A DNA stretch of 53,302 nt. Source: an uncultured Dictyoglomota bacterium. Lineage in GTDB: Bacteria; Dictyoglomota; Dictyoglomia; Dictyoglomales; Dictyoglomaceae. The notes under the pieces are model-generated. The model did no database searches. It saw nothing but the letters and a program-made list of their open reading frames with translations, and was not told the origin of the DNA. The position numbers and the translations under genes were made by a program. The DNA is taken from NCBI GenBank assembly GCA_964654465.1, contig CAZZIO010000007.1:1-53302 (forward strand), in the 5' to 3' direction. Positions 41,323 through 52,113 of the stretch are shown piece by piece (the first letter of the stretch is position 1; the number at the start of each line of letters is the position of its first letter).

Positions 41323-41853
41323 TTATATCTTCTTTGATCTTAAGAAATAATAAATAGCAATTAAGGTTTTAGAATCCTCAAACTTACCACTTTCTAAAGC
41401 TTTTATTATCTCATCTGCTGTTAAAGAAATTATTTTTAAAAACTCATCATCATCAGGATTTGTATTTGTCTTCTCAAGATCTGTAGCTTCATATAGATAT
41501 AACACCTCATCACTTATTCCAGGTGATGGGTAAAAAACATGAATTAACTTTAAATTTTTTGGAATATACCCTATTTCTTCTTCCAGTTCTCTTTTAGCAC
41601 AATTTATTGGTTCTTCTCCAAAATCAAGTTTTCCGGCTGGAATTTCTAATAAGACTTTTTTAGCTGGAAGTCGATATTGCTCTACAAAAAATACAGATCC
41701 ATCCCTTGCTATTGGTAATATAGCTACTGCACCCGGATGATGTACTACTTCCCTCTTAGCTAATTTTCCATTTTCAAGTACTACATCGTACTCTTTTACT
41801 GTAATTATTCTTCCTTTATAAATTTCCCTTTCATTTATTACTTTCTCATTCAA
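41323..41853 (-). CDS. NUDIX hydrolase, ADP-ribose pyrophosphatase (NudF-like)
   Basis: HPGAV, EIPAGKLD.GE....AKRELEEEIG Nudix box, SPG. Confidence 0.92.
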   Translation of the reverse strand: MNEKVINEREIYKGRIITVKEYDVVLENGKLAKREVVHHPGAVAILPIARDGSVFFVEQYRLPAKKVLLEIPAGKLDFGEEPINCAKRELEEEIGYIPKNLKLIHVFYPSPGISDEVLYLYEATDLEKTNTNPDDDEFLKIISLTADEIIKALESGKFEDSKTLIAIYYFLRSKKI

Positions 41854-43600
41854 CTTTCATCCCACCTCCTATTTCTCTCAATTTTTCTCTATTTTTAAGT
41901 TCTGACGCTTTTACTAAAAGCTCTTTAGCATGCTGTTGACTTACTTCAGAAACTATACTACCTCCTAACATTCTTGATATTTCCATCACTCTGATTTTAT
42001 CCTCTAACATAGAAACCCTTATTCTTGTTTGATCATTTATAATCTTCTTCTCCACATGGAAATGATAATCAGCCCACGCTGCTATCTGAGGTAAATGTGT
42101 CACACAGAAAACTTGTCTCTTCTTAGATATATTCCATAATTTTTGAGCAAGTAGATAAGCCGTTTCCCCTCCAATACCTGTGTCTATTTCATCAAATACC
42201 AAAACAGGTGTATTATCCACTTCGTTAAGTATAGTTTTTAAGGCAAGCATTATTCTTGAGAGTTCTCCTCCAGATGCTATATGTCTCAAGGGTTTAAAAG
42301 CCTCTCCAGGATTTGGAGAAAGCATAAACTCTACAACTTCTCTTCCTTTTTCTCCCACTTTTACCCCATTAATAAATATAAATCCTCCTGTTGGTTCTTG
42401 AAAATCAACCGAAAATCTTGCATGTTCCATTCCTAAATCCTTTAACTCATTTTCTACCTTTCTTACAAAATTATCAACAATCTCTTTCCTCATTTGAGAA
42501 AGAACTTCACTTTCGTATAATAGCTTTTCCTCTAATTCCTTTATCTCCTTTTCTATGTTCTCTAAATGGGCTTCCATATTAGATAAAGTGTTAAGTTCTT
42601 CTTTAGCTTTTTCTTTATAATCTAAGATTTCCTCAATATTTTTACCATATTTCCTTTTTAATTGAGAGATTCTATAAAGTCTTTCTTCTATATATTCAAG
42701 ATCATTAGGATCTATCTCTAAATTATCTTTATATCTCATTAAATTATCAACTGCTTCACTAAGATATAATTTAGCATTTTCCAATAGTTCTAATATTCCA
42801 GAAATATTTTCATCTATAGAAGAAAGAGCTTTTATACTATTTAATCCTTCTCCAATTAATTCAAAAGCAGAATATCCTTCGTTATTTTCATACAGATATT
42901 TTATAGCATCCTCAATACCATATCTTATTTTTTCAAAATTTTGTAGCTTTTGCCGTTGCTCTAATAGTTCCCCCTCTTCTCCTATTCTCAAATTTGCCTT
43001 TTCAATTTCTTCTATCTGAAAAGATAAAAGATCTATTCTTTGCTGTCTCTCTTTTTCCTTTGCATAAATTTCTTCCCTTTCGGAATAAAGACCTTTTAAT
43101 CTAGAAAACAATTCTTTAACCTTTCCTTTTTGTTTTATCAATGAATCTCCACCTAAGAGATCGAATACTTCCAACTGAAAATCCTTATGAAGAATTTTCT
43201 GATGTTCGTGTTGTCCATGTATTTCAAGAATATTCGAGAGTAAACGCTCTAACATTCCTACTGTAACAAGTTCACCATTTACCCTACATTTACTTCTTCC
43301 ATTTTTATTTAATTCTCTTGATACAAGTAATGTTCCATCCTTCTCTTTTGGAATCTCCCATTCATCCAATAGTCTTTCTGCTTCTTCATTCATAGCAAAC
43401 ATAGCTTCTACTAAACTTCTATTACTTCCTGTTCTAATAATGTCTGTTGATGCTCTTTCTCCAAGCAAAAAGGCTAAAGCATCCACAAGCAGAGATTTAC
43501 CAGCACCTGTTTCTCCAGTGATTACGTTTAAACCATCATGAAAATCCAGAGTTAGCTCATCTATTATTGCAAAATCCTTAACTCTAAGAGCAAAAAGCAT
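41846..43600 (-). CDS. recN: DNA repair protein RecN
   Basis: TGETGAGKS, HGQHEH, coiled coil, ASGGELSR, FDEIDTG, THLPQ. Confidence 0.97.
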   Translation of the reverse strand: MLFALRVKDFAIIDELTLDFHDGLNVITGETGAGKSLLVDALAFLLGERASTDIIRTGSNRSLVEAMFAMNEEAERLLDEWEIPKEKDGTLLVSRELNKNGRSKCRVNGELVTVGMLERLLSNILEIHGQHEHQKILHKDFQLEVFDLLGGDSLIKQKGKVKELFSRLKGLYSEREEIYAKEKERQQRIDLLSFQIEEIEKANLRIGEEGELLEQRQKLQNFEKIRYGIEDAIKYLYENNEGYSAFELIGEGLNSIKALSSIDENISGILELLENAKLYLSEAVDNLMRYKDNLEIDPNDLEYIEERLYRISQLKRKYGKNIEEILDYKEKAKEELNTLSNMEAHLENIEKEIKELEEKLLYESEVLSQMRKEIVDNFVRKVENELKDLGMEHARFSVDFQEPTGGFIFINGVKVGEKGREVVEFMLSPNPGEAFKPLRHIASGGELSRIMLALKTILNEVDNTPVLVFDEIDTGIGGETAYLLAQKLWNISKKRQVFCVTHLPQIAAWADYHFHVEKKIINDQTRIRVSMLEDKIRVMEISRMLGGSIVSEVSQQHAKELLVKASELKNREKLREIGGGMKVE

Positions 43601-43607
43601 TTCTTAT

Positions 43608-44399
43608 CTACCTCCAATGTAATTTCTTTTTTAATCTATTAATAAAATCCCAACCTGGAAGGAAAATAAGTTTTCCATAAAATTCCGCTTTAGTTATAAT
43701 AACTTTTTGTCTATTTCCAACAAGATCTACTTTTTTACCATCAACCCAAACTTGCACTTGTAATGACCTTTTTGAAAAACTGATCTGAATTTCCGAATTA
43801 ATTGGAAAAACAACAGGTTTAGATATAAGAGAATGGGCACATATGGGCAAAAATTCAAAAGCTTCAAGATCAGGAAAAATTATAGGACCACCAGCAGATA
43901 AAGCATAAGCTGTAGAACCAGCAGAGGTAGCAATAATTACTCCATCTGCAGGTTGTGTATTTAACAAAGCCCCATTTATTAATAGATTTAAAGATATCAA
44001 TGGAGTATTCTCAGATTTCAAAAATACAACCTCATTAAAGGCATAATAAATATTATCATCAATTTTTAATTTGATTACAGGATGCTGTTCTATGAAATAC
44101 TTCTTTTCATCTAAAGAAAATAAAAATTTACCTATATCTTTAAACTCAACAGTAGTTAAGAATCCAAGTCTACCCGTATTTATTCCTGCTATAGGTATAC
44201 CCTTAGATGCCAACCTCTGTAAGGCATACAAAACAGTACCATCCCCACCAATTGCTATTCCCAAATCCACATCAGTATCATCTATTAAAACCTTATAATT
44301 CTTCTTTATTGCCCACTCTTTTATTATTTCTATTCCCTTTTTCGCATCTCTTTTTTTAGGGTTGTAAAATATACCTATTTTTTGGAAAGTAATTTCCAA
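43608..44399 (-). CDS. nadK: NAD kinase
   Basis: GGDGT, GRLGFL, NE and GSTAYALSAGGP motifs. Confidence 0.95.
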   Translation of the reverse strand: MEITFQKIGIFYNPKKRDAKKGIEIIKEWAIKKNYKVLIDDTDVDLGIAIGGDGTVLYALQRLASKGIPIAGINTGRLGFLTTVEFKDIGKFLFSLDEKKYFIEQHPVIKLKIDDNIYYAFNEVVFLKSENTPLISLNLLINGALLNTQPADGVIIATSAGSTAYALSAGGPIIFPDLEAFEFLPICAHSLISKPVVFPINSEIQISFSKRSLQVQVWVDGKKVDLVGNRQKVIITKAEFYGKLIFLPGWDFINRLKKKLHWR

Positions 44400-45199
44400 T
44401 TTGTAAAAGCCTCCCTTACTATCTCTTTTATCTTATCCATAGACAACTCATCCTTTTCTTGCAAAACAAACAATGTTGGATATTCTATATTTCCTTTTCC
44501 TTCCTTGCTATAAAAATACGTAATATTTTTTAAATAAAATCCAAGATCTTTTAAATTATTTTTAATATTTTCTATTACTTTTAAATGGACGTCAATATTC
44601 TTTACTATACCCCCCTTATTAACATCCTTTGGTGATGCTTCAAATTGAGGTTTTATCAATGAAATAACCATTCCTTCTTCTTTTAAAAAAGATTTTATAA
44701 CAGGAAAAATCTTTAATATTGATATAAAGGATATATCTATAGTTATAATATCAACCTTATCGGGAATATCACCTTCTTTTAAATATCTCGCATTTATCCC
44801 TTCCATTACTACTACTCTTGTATCCTTTCTTAATTTTTCGTGTAAAACGCCCTTTCCCACATCAACAGCATAAATTTTCTTTACACCTTCTTGTAATAAA
44901 CAGTCAGTAAACCCACCAGTACTTGCACCTACATCAATAGCTATAAATCCTGTAACATTTATCTTAAATTCATTTAAAGCCTTTTTTAGCTTAAATCCAC
45001 CCTTACTAACATAGGGAAGAGATTGTTGAATTTCAATGGAAACAAAAGGTGAAAATTTTATATCAGGTTTATCTGCTACCTTGCCGTCTACTTTAACCAG
45101 TCCAGCAATAATAGCAGACTTAGCTTTTTCTCTACTTTCAAAAAATCCTTTCTTAACTAATAGAGTATCGAGTCTTTCCTTAGGAGTTTTTTCTTTCAA
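44375..45199 (-). CDS. tlyA: TlyA-family rRNA 2'-O-methyltransferase
   Basis: S4 domain RLD...SRE; DVGASTGGFTD, DISFIS and LIKPQFE motifs. Confidence 0.95.
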   Translation of the reverse strand: MKEKTPKERLDTLLVKKGFFESREKAKSAIIAGLVKVDGKVADKPDIKFSPFVSIEIQQSLPYVSKGGFKLKKALNEFKINVTGFIAIDVGASTGGFTDCLLQEGVKKIYAVDVGKGVLHEKLRKDTRVVVMEGINARYLKEGDIPDKVDIITIDISFISILKIFPVIKSFLKEEGMVISLIKPQFEASPKDVNKGGIVKNIDVHLKVIENIKNNLKDLGFYLKNITYFYSKEGKGNIEYPTLFVLQEKDELSMDKIKEIVREAFTNWKLLSKK

Positions 45200-47058
45200 C
45201 CTTCCACCCTTGTTTTATCAAGAACCCTTATTACTTCTTTTACCACATGATATTCTTTTAAACCGTATATTTCTTTTAAGATTTCCACATTTCCATGCTC
45301 TATGAATTTTTCTGGAAGTGCTATGGGATATACATTTACGTTAAAATGAAACTTAGAAACAAATTCAGAAATTGCACCAAAAAGTCCTCCTGTTACAATG
45401 TTTTCCTCTAATGTAAAGATATATTTAAACTTAGGGAATAATTCTTCAAGCAATGGAATATCTAAAGGTTTTAAAAATCTTAAATTGACTACTTTAGCAT
45501 ATATTCCCTTCTCCTTCAAAATATTATGGGCTTCCAAAGCAGTATAGACCATGGAACCTATAGCCAAAAAAAGAACATCCTCACCTTCTTCTAATATCTC
45601 AGCTTTACCTATCTCAATCTTACTAGGATTAGAAGGAAGTTTTACTCCGTATCCTTTTCCTTTGGGATATCTTATTGCAAATGGACCAGGATAATTAACT
45701 GCTGTATATAATAAATCTCTAAGTTCAGATTCATCCTTTGGAGAAGAAACAACTATATTGGGGATAAGCCTCAAATAAGAGAGATCAAAAATTCCTTGAT
45801 GAGTAGGTCCATCATCACTAACAAGGCCAGCCCTATCTAATACAAATACTACAGGAAGCTTCTGTAAACAAACATCGTGAATGATCTGGTCAAAGGATCT
45901 CTGGAGAAAAGTAGAATATATAGCAACTACAGGTTTTAATCCATTCATAGCAAGTCCTGCTGCAAAGGTCACTGCATGCTGTTCTGCTATTCCAACATCA
46001 AAAAATCTTTCTGGAAATCTTTCTGCAAAATAGGAAAGTCCAGTACCATCTGGCATTGCAGCTGTAATGGCTACAATCTTTTCATATTTTTCCCCTAATT
46101 CTACCAATGTCTTACCAAAAATCTCTGTGTAGGTAGGTACCTTTTTTTCGCGTTCTTTCCTTGATCCCACACTATGGAACTTGGAAGGTACAGCTTCTGC
46201 ATCTTTATGGCCAATTCCTTTTTTTGTTGTGACATGTATCAAAACTGGACAAGATAGATTATCTTTTATACCCTTAAATACAGAAATTAAAAGGGGTATA
46301 TCATGTCCATCAAAGGGGCCAAAATACTTAAAACCTAAATCTTCAAATATGGGATTTTCCAAAAGGAGACTCTTTAAACTTCTCTCCAATTTTAGATCCA
46401 AGGATAATAAGGTCTTTCCTAAAGGTAAATTCTTCAAAAAATTCTGGGTTGTCTGCTTAAAAAATCTATAAAGAGGATGTTTCCTTAATTTAGCCAAATA
46501 AACTGCCAAAGCTCCTACATTCGGTGAAATAGAATGTTCATTATCATTTAATATAACAATAAGATCTGTATTTAAGAAGCCAATTTGGTTCAATGCCTCC
46601 CATGCCATTCCAGAAGTCAAGGCACCATCACCTATCACTGCTACAACTTTATATTTTTTCCCTTTAATATCCCTTGCTTTAGCGAATCCTAAGGCAGCAG
46701 ATAAGGATGTACCAGCATGTCCTACAGCAAAATGGTCATATTCACTTTCCCAAGGAGCAATATATCCACTGATTCCACCATATTGTCTCAATGTATGAAA
46801 ATCTTTGGCTCTTCCAGTTACTAATTTATGAGTATATGCCTGATGCCCTACATCCCAAATTATCTTATCCTTTGGTGTATCAAAAACATAATGAAGAGCT
46901 AAAGTTAATTCAACAGTTCCTAAATTAGATGCTAAATGACCACCATTATTCTCTACTGTATTAATAATTACTCTCCTAATTTCTTCAGCTAAATTCCTTA
47001 GCTCTTCTACAGATAGAGATTTTAAATCATTCGGAGAATTAATTCTCTCTAACAACAT
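45196..47058 (-). CDS. dxs: 1-deoxy-D-xylulose-5-phosphate synthase
   Basis: GGHLASNLG, WDVGHQAY, GDGALTSG, GIAEQHA and DGPTHQG motifs. Confidence 0.98.
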   Translation of the reverse strand: MLLERINSPNDLKSLSVEELRNLAEEIRRVIINTVENNGGHLASNLGTVELTLALHYVFDTPKDKIIWDVGHQAYTHKLVTGRAKDFHTLRQYGGISGYIAPWESEYDHFAVGHAGTSLSAALGFAKARDIKGKKYKVVAVIGDGALTSGMAWEALNQIGFLNTDLIVILNDNEHSISPNVGALAVYLAKLRKHPLYRFFKQTTQNFLKNLPLGKTLLSLDLKLERSLKSLLLENPIFEDLGFKYFGPFDGHDIPLLISVFKGIKDNLSCPVLIHVTTKKGIGHKDAEAVPSKFHSVGSRKEREKKVPTYTEIFGKTLVELGEKYEKIVAITAAMPDGTGLSYFAERFPERFFDVGIAEQHAVTFAAGLAMNGLKPVVAIYSTFLQRSFDQIIHDVCLQKLPVVFVLDRAGLVSDDGPTHQGIFDLSYLRLIPNIVVSSPKDESELRDLLYTAVNYPGPFAIRYPKGKGYGVKLPSNPSKIEIGKAEILEEGEDVLFLAIGSMVYTALEAHNILKEKGIYAKVVNLRFLKPLDIPLLEELFPKFKYIFTLEENIVTGGLFGAISEFVSKFHFNVNVYPIALPEKFIEHGNVEILKEIYGLKEYHVVKEVIRVLDKTRVEG

Positions 47059-47473
47059 TTAAATATTCCTCTCTAATTTTTAAAATCTCATCCCAATTCC
47101 TAACTATATTCCTTAAAATACCATTAACAAATCTACCAGCTTCTGGACTGACATATTTTTTAGCCAACTCAACAGCTTCATTAACAGTAACACCAGGTGG
47201 AATATCTTCAAAAGCAAACATTTCAGCTATTGCCATTCTTAAAATGTTTCTCTCCAAGCCTCCTATTCTATCTAATCTCCAATTCTTACTAAATTTACTT
47301 ATAATAGCATCAGCAACATTTCTAAAATAAAGAGTACTTTCATAGAGTTTGTGAGCAAAAGCTTGAGCTTGTAGTGAAAAATCATCAAAATCTACTTCAA
47401 CATTTTGACCCAATTCTTGCTGGAATAAATACATCAAAACCTTTTCTCTACATCTTGTTCTTTCTTTGCTCAT
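47039..47473 (-). CDS. nusB: Transcription antitermination factor NusB
   Basis: ILRMAIAEM, NEAVELAKKY and FVNGIL motifs. Confidence 0.95.
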   Translation of the reverse strand: MSKERTRCREKVLMYLFQQELGQNVEVDFDDFSLQAQAFAHKLYESTLYFRNVADAIISKFSKNWRLDRIGGLERNILRMAIAEMFAFEDIPPGVTVNEAVELAKKYVSPEAGRFVNGILRNIVRNWDEILKIREEYLNVVREN

Positions 47474-47475
47474 TT

Positions 47476-47691
47476 TTACCTTCCTATCATAAATATCTCT
47501 TTAATTTTTTCTATAAAAAGAAACAATAGATTCTTATCAATTATATTACCAATTAAATACCCTAAAAGTAACATAATGATTAGAAATAAGGTTCTCCAAA
47601 AACCAATAGTAAGAATAAGGATTCCTAATATTAAAAATACTAATGAGAAAATAAATCTATATTTATAATTTTTTATCCTTTCAAGATTCAT
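47476..47691 (-). CDS. Small membrane protein (DUF2273-like)
   Basis: Hydrophobic; GFWRTL...GY.IG; position between amaP and nusB matches asp23 operons. Confidence 0.82.
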   Translation of the reverse strand: MNLERIKNYKYRFIFSLVFLILGILILTIGFWRTLFLIIMLLLGYLIGNIIDKNLLFLFIEKIKEIFMIGR

Positions 47692-48225
47692 CTACTTACC
47701 CCTTTTTGAAGGAACCACATCATCAATTATTACGTTTATTTTTTCTAAGTTCAAAGGTAAAACACTTTCAAAATAAACTTTTAATCTTTGTTGCATCTCA
47801 TTAACAATTCTTGTTATATCTGCACTAGCAGGAATTTTTATCCTCAAAGTAATATATATTTTATCTTTTATAATTTCAATCTCAGGTCTTATATCTTGAA
47901 TTTCTGAAAAATATCCAGCTATCTCTCTGATAGAACTTTTAATACCATTAACAGAAATCATTACATCACCTAAACCTGTTCTATTTCCTATAACAACAGA
48001 AGTTTTCTCTCTATTTATAATTAAAGCAAAACTTGATGAAAAAGCAAGAACAAAAAGAATTATAAACAAAATAGCAGAAAACAAAAAACCAGGTCCCTTA
48101 GCCCAATTTATTATACTTAATGCTAATTCCCATTTAAAAAGTCCAAGGATTAAAATAAGATCAATAAAAGAGAAAATTAACAAAATTATAGAGTAAATAA
48201 TAATTTCATATCTATTAAGTTTCAT
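47692..48225 (-). CDS. Alkaline-shock membrane anchor AmaP-like protein
   Basis: Two transmembrane helices then an Asp23-like cytoplasmic domain (G.V.IS); downstream of asp23. Confidence 0.78.
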   Translation of the reverse strand: MKLNRYEIIIYSIILLIFSFIDLILILGLFKWELALSIINWAKGPGFLFSAILFIILFVLAFSSSFALIINREKTSVVIGNRTGLGDVMISVNGIKSSIREIAGYFSEIQDIRPEIEIIKDKIYITLRIKIPASADITRIVNEMQQRLKVYFESVLPLNLEKINVIIDDVVPSKRGK

Positions 48226-48587
48226 TTCTTCTCCTCCTTATCTTTTTTACCTATCAATACTCCTTTTATAATAACATTCACTTCCCTTACATTTAATCCT
48301 GTCATACTTTCTATCACTTCCTTAACATGGGATTGAACTTCTCTTGCAACTTCAGGAAAAAAAACATTTTGTTTTACATAAATAGGTATCATTATGTATA
48401 CATCTTTTTCATATAGATCAATTTTTATGCCCCTTCCAAGAGGTATACCCGATACAAGTTTCATAAATGAAGAAGAAGGCTCTCCTACTTGAGCGACACC
48501 TTCTACCTCTTGAGCAGCAATACCCGCTATTACAGAGATAACCCCTTTTGATATATTTACCGTTCCATATGAAAGTTCTTCTTTCAT
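48222..48587 (-). CDS. Asp23/Gls24-family protein (YqhY-like)
   Basis: G.V.IS..VI..IAGIAA.EVEGV and MTGL.V.EVNV motifs; follows accC. Confidence 0.92.
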   Translation of the reverse strand: MKEELSYGTVNISKGVISVIAGIAAQEVEGVAQVGEPSSSFMKLVSGIPLGRGIKIDLYEKDVYIMIPIYVKQNVFFPEVAREVQSHVKEVIESMTGLNVREVNVIIKGVLIGKKDKEEKK

Positions 48588-48618
48588 AGCTTATCACCAC
48601 TCTCTATTTTATCAAAAA

Positions 48619-49962
48619 TTAATCCTCTACTAACACCCTTCTTGATAAAAAGTTAGTAGAATAGTCTCCTTTTATAAATGAACTGTTATTTAGTACTTTT
48701 AAATGAAGAGGGATTGTCGTTTTAATTCCTCTCAAAACAAATTCCTCCAAAGCCCTTTTCATCCTTATTATAGCCTCATTTCTATCTTTTCCCCAAGTTA
48801 TAATCTTTGCCAGTAAAGAATCATAAAAAGGTACCATTTCATAACCTTCATAAAGATGAGTATCAATTCTTACAAAAGGGCCTCCTGGAGGTATATATTT
48901 ATCTATTTTTCCAGCAGATGGAGCAAAATTATTATCAGGATCCTCAGCATTAATTCTACACTCTATAGCATGTCCTCTTAATGTTACTTCTTTAAAATCT
49001 AATTTCTCTCCAGCTGCAATTAGTATTTGCCATTTTACAAGATCAATACCAGTTACCATTTCTGTTACAGTATGTTCTACCTGAATTCTCGTATTTACTT
49101 CCATAAAATAAAATCTCCCATCTTTGTCCAAAAGAAATTCAAAGGTTCCAGGACCCACATACCCAACCTTATACGCCCCTCGAATTGCAGCTCTACTCAT
49201 AGCCTCTCTCAATCTTCTATCTACTACTGGGGAAGGAGATTCCTCAATTAATTTTTGATATCTTCTTTGAATAGTACAATCTCTTTCACCAAGAGAAACA
49301 ATATTACCATAAGCATCTCCCATTATCTGTATCTCCACATGTCTTGGTTCTTCTATAAACTTTTCAATGTACACGCCAGGATTTCCAAAATTTTTCTCAG
49401 CTTCCAATTTAGCAAGTCTTATATTTTTTACCAATTCCTCAGGACTGTATGAAATCCTCATTCCTTTACCGCCACCACCAGCAGTAGCCTTTATAAGAAC
49501 AGGAAAACCTATCTCTTTAGCAATTTTTACTGCTTGTTTTTCATCCTCAACAAGTCCTTCAGACCCAGGTAACAAAGGAACACCTGCTTCTTTCATTATT
49601 TTTTTGGCTCTGGCCTTGTCCCCTAAACTTTCAATAACTTCCTTTTTAGGACCTATAAACACTATACCGTGGTCTTGACAAATTTCAGCAAATCTTGATG
49701 ATTCTGCTAAAAAACCATATCCTGGATGGATAGCATCAGCATTTGATATTAAAGCGGCACTAATAATGTTTGGAATATTTAAGTAGCTTTGTGAGGCAGG
49801 AGGTGGGCCTATACAGATTGCCTCATCTGCCATATATACATGAAGAGATTCTTTATCTGCTTCAGAATATACAGCTACTGTTTTAATGCCTAATTCTTTA
49901 CAAGCCCTTATAACTCTAACAGCAATTTCGCCTCTATTTGCAATAAGAACTTTCTTAAACAT
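48619..49962 (-). CDS. accC: Biotin carboxylase
   Basis: [34 protein letters not shown] and YDSLLAK motifs. Confidence 0.97.
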   Translation of the reverse strand: MFKKVLIANRGEIAVRVIRACKELGIKTVAVYSEADKESLHVYMADEAICIGPPPASQSYLNIPNIISAALISNADAIHPGYGFLAESSRFAEICQDHGIVFIGPKKEVIESLGDKARAKKIMKEAGVPLLPGSEGLVEDEKQAVKIAKEIGFPVLIKATAGGGGKGMRISYSPEELVKNIRLAKLEAEKNFGNPGVYIEKFIEEPRHVEIQIMGDAYGNIVSLGERDCTIQRRYQKLIEESPSPVVDRRLREAMSRAAIRGAYKVGYVGPGTFEFLLDKDGRFYFMEVNTRIQVEHTVTEMVTGIDLVKWQILIAAGEKLDFKEVTLRGHAIECRINAEDPDNNFAPSAGKIDKYIPPGGPFVRIDTHLYEGYEMVPFYDSLLAKIITWGKDRNEAIIRMKRALEEFVLRGIKTTIPLHLKVLNNSSFIKGDYSTNFLSRRVLVED

Positions 49963-50398
49963 TGCTCTCTGTATCTATTAGAAAAAGTTTTTGTCCAAAT
50001 TCCACTGCCTGACCATTTTCAACTAATATTTTTTTAACTCTTCCTCTTACATGACTCTTTATCTCATTCATTAATTTCATGGCTTCAATTATACATACTG
50101 TTTGTCCTGGCTCTACCAAATCACCTTCTTCAACAAAAGGAGGGGCGCCTGGAGCGGGGGAACGATAAAAAACTCCAACCAAAGGAGCAGTAATATATAC
50201 ACCTTCCTCAGCAACCTCTTTTATGGCTTGTAATTTTTCAACTTGAGATTCTACCTGAGGTGATGAAATAGAAACAACATGATCACCTCTTCTTAAAATC
50301 AATTTATTTTCTCCATTTTCTATTATCAATTCTGAAAGATTACTCTTGTTAAATAGACATATTAACTCTTTTAACTCTTCTAAAGACCATTCTTTCAT
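49955..50398 (-). CDS. accB: Biotin carboxyl carrier protein
   Basis: APLVGVFY and EAMKLMN biotinylation motif. Confidence 0.96.
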   Translation of the reverse strand: MKEWSLEELKELICLFNKSNLSELIIENGENKLILRRGDHVVSISSPQVESQVEKLQAIKEVAEEGVYITAPLVGVFYRSPAPGAPPFVEEGDLVEPGQTVCIIEAMKLMNEIKSHVRGRVKKILVENGQAVEFGQKLFLIDTESNV

Positions 50399-50435
50399 AG
50401 TAATACTCCTTTTTATTAAAACTCATTATTAAAAT

Positions 50436-50993
50436 CTATGCTCTTTCAACATATTTTGCATAACGAGTATCCACTACAACTTTATCTCCAATTTGTATAA
50501 ATAAAGGGACCTGTATTACTAATCCCGTTTCTAATTTTGCAGGTTTTGATCCACCCGAAACTGTATCTCCTCTAAGACCTGGATCAGTTTCTATAACCTC
50601 TAAAACAACTGTAGTAGGAAGCTCTATACCAATAGGATTTCCTTCATAAAAAAGCACACTAACGATAGTTCCTTCTTTTAAGTATTTAATTGCATCTCCT
50701 AATTGCTCCTCAGTGAGCATATGTTGTTCATAGGTTTCATGATCAATAAAATAATACTCATCTCCTTGTTTGTAAAGAAATTCTGCTTCTCTTTTATTAA
50801 TAAAAGCTTGAGGAACATATTCATCTGATTTAAATGTTTTTCTCAATACATTTCCTGTTTTCAAGTTCTTTAATTTTACTTTGACTGTTGCCTGACCCTG
50901 AGCCATATGTACATGTTGGTATTCAAGTACTATATATATTTCTCCATCTAATTCAATAGTAAGACCAGGATAAAAATCATTTACTGAAATCAT
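50436..50993 (-). CDS. efp: Translation elongation factor P with an atypical loop
   Basis: KLKNLKTG, PGLRGDT, KPAKLETG, VPLFI and YVERA motifs; pepP-efp-accB synteny. Confidence 0.96.
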   Translation of the reverse strand: MISVNDFYPGLTIELDGEIYIVLEYQHVHMAQGQATVKVKLKNLKTGNVLRKTFKSDEYVPQAFINKREAEFLYKQGDEYYFIDHETYEQHMLTEEQLGDAIKYLKEGTIVSVLFYEGNPIGIELPTTVVLEVIETDPGLRGDTVSGGSKPAKLETGLVIQVPLFIQIGDKVVVDTRYAKYVERA

Positions 50994-51015
50994 CTTTTTT
51001 ATTACCTCCCTTTCC

Positions 51016-52089
51016 CTATATTATTATAAGTTCGTTAGTAAAACTATTTAATATAGTTGCCTTTTCCTCTTCAACAACTACCATATCTTCAATTCTTACC
51101 CCAAACCTTCCAGGAATATAAATACCAGGTTCAACAGTAACTACCATATTTTTCTTTAGAACCCAATTTCCTTTTGGGGATAACCTTGGTAATTCATGTA
51201 TTTCAAGTCCTATACCATGCCCAAGGCCATGACCAAAATAATTTCCATAACCATTTTCTTGAATTATATCACGAGAAACTTTATCTACAAAACTACTTTC
51301 TATACCTTCTTCTATTACTTCTTCTGCCCTTTTCTGTGCTTCAAGAACAATATTGTATATTAATAGTTCTTCTTCAGTTGGGTTTCCGATATACACGGTT
51401 CTTGTAATATCCGAATGATATCCCTTATAAACAGCCCCAAAATCAAATACAATAAACTCATTTCCATATATCTTTTTATTGCTCGCCTTTCCATGAGGAA
51501 GTGCAGCTCTTGGTCCTGATGCCACAATTGTATCAAAAGCTATTTTCTCACTACCTTTTTTTGCCATTTGATACTCTAATTCTATTGCTAAATCTCTTTC
51601 AGATATACCTGGCTTTATAATTTCTAATACTTCTTCAAAAGCCTCTTCTGCAATTTTTAAAGCTGTTTTTATTTTCTCTATTTCATTATCATCCTTAACC
51701 ATTCTCATCTCCTCTACCCAATTTTCTACTGGAATCAACTCAATATTCAATAAACTTTCAATCAATTTTTTATACTTAAAATAATTGAATGATTGTCCCT
51801 CAAAAGCTATTCTCTTAAAATCTTCTTTTTTTGAAAGATCCTTTAAGAAGGAGAATAAATTCACATCACCATTAATAAGAACAGGCTCCACCATATCAAC
51901 TTCCTGGTGTACTTGTTCCCAATACCTTGAATCAACTAATATGTAACCCCCCTCCTTCAGAAGCACAAGTTCAGCTGTTGAGCCCGTAAATCCTGTAAGG
52001 TATCTAATATTCACTATACTACTAATAACAATCCCATCTATTTTTTCTTTATTTAGTTTATTTTGTATTTCTCTAAGTCTTGTATTCAT
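51016..52089 (-). CDS. Xaa-Pro aminopeptidase/dipeptidase (M24B)
   Basis: YLTGF, DFGA...SDITRT, GHGLGHGIGLEIHE, TVEPGIY and GVRIED motifs. Confidence 0.95.
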   Translation of the reverse strand: MNTRLREIQNKLNKEKIDGIVISSIVNIRYLTGFTGSTAELVLLKEGGYILVDSRYWEQVHQEVDMVEPVLINGDVNLFSFLKDLSKKEDFKRIAFEGQSFNYFKYKKLIESLLNIELIPVENWVEEMRMVKDDNEIEKIKTALKIAEEAFEEVLEIIKPGISERDLAIELEYQMAKKGSEKIAFDTIVASGPRAALPHGKASNKKIYGNEFIVFDFGAVYKGYHSDITRTVYIGNPTEEELLIYNIVLEAQKRAEEVIEEGIESSFVDKVSRDIIQENGYGNYFGHGLGHGIGLEIHELPRLSPKGNWVLKKNMVVTVEPGIYIPGRFGVRIEDMVVVEEEKATILNSFTNELIII

Positions 52090-52113
52090 AAAATATTTAT
52101 CCTCATTTTTATC

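Noticed and set aside
44375-45199. Haemolysin or virulence interpretation of tlyA
   Set aside because: The S4 plus methyltransferase architecture in the dxs-tlyA-nadK-recN context indicates a housekeeping rRNA methyltransferase.
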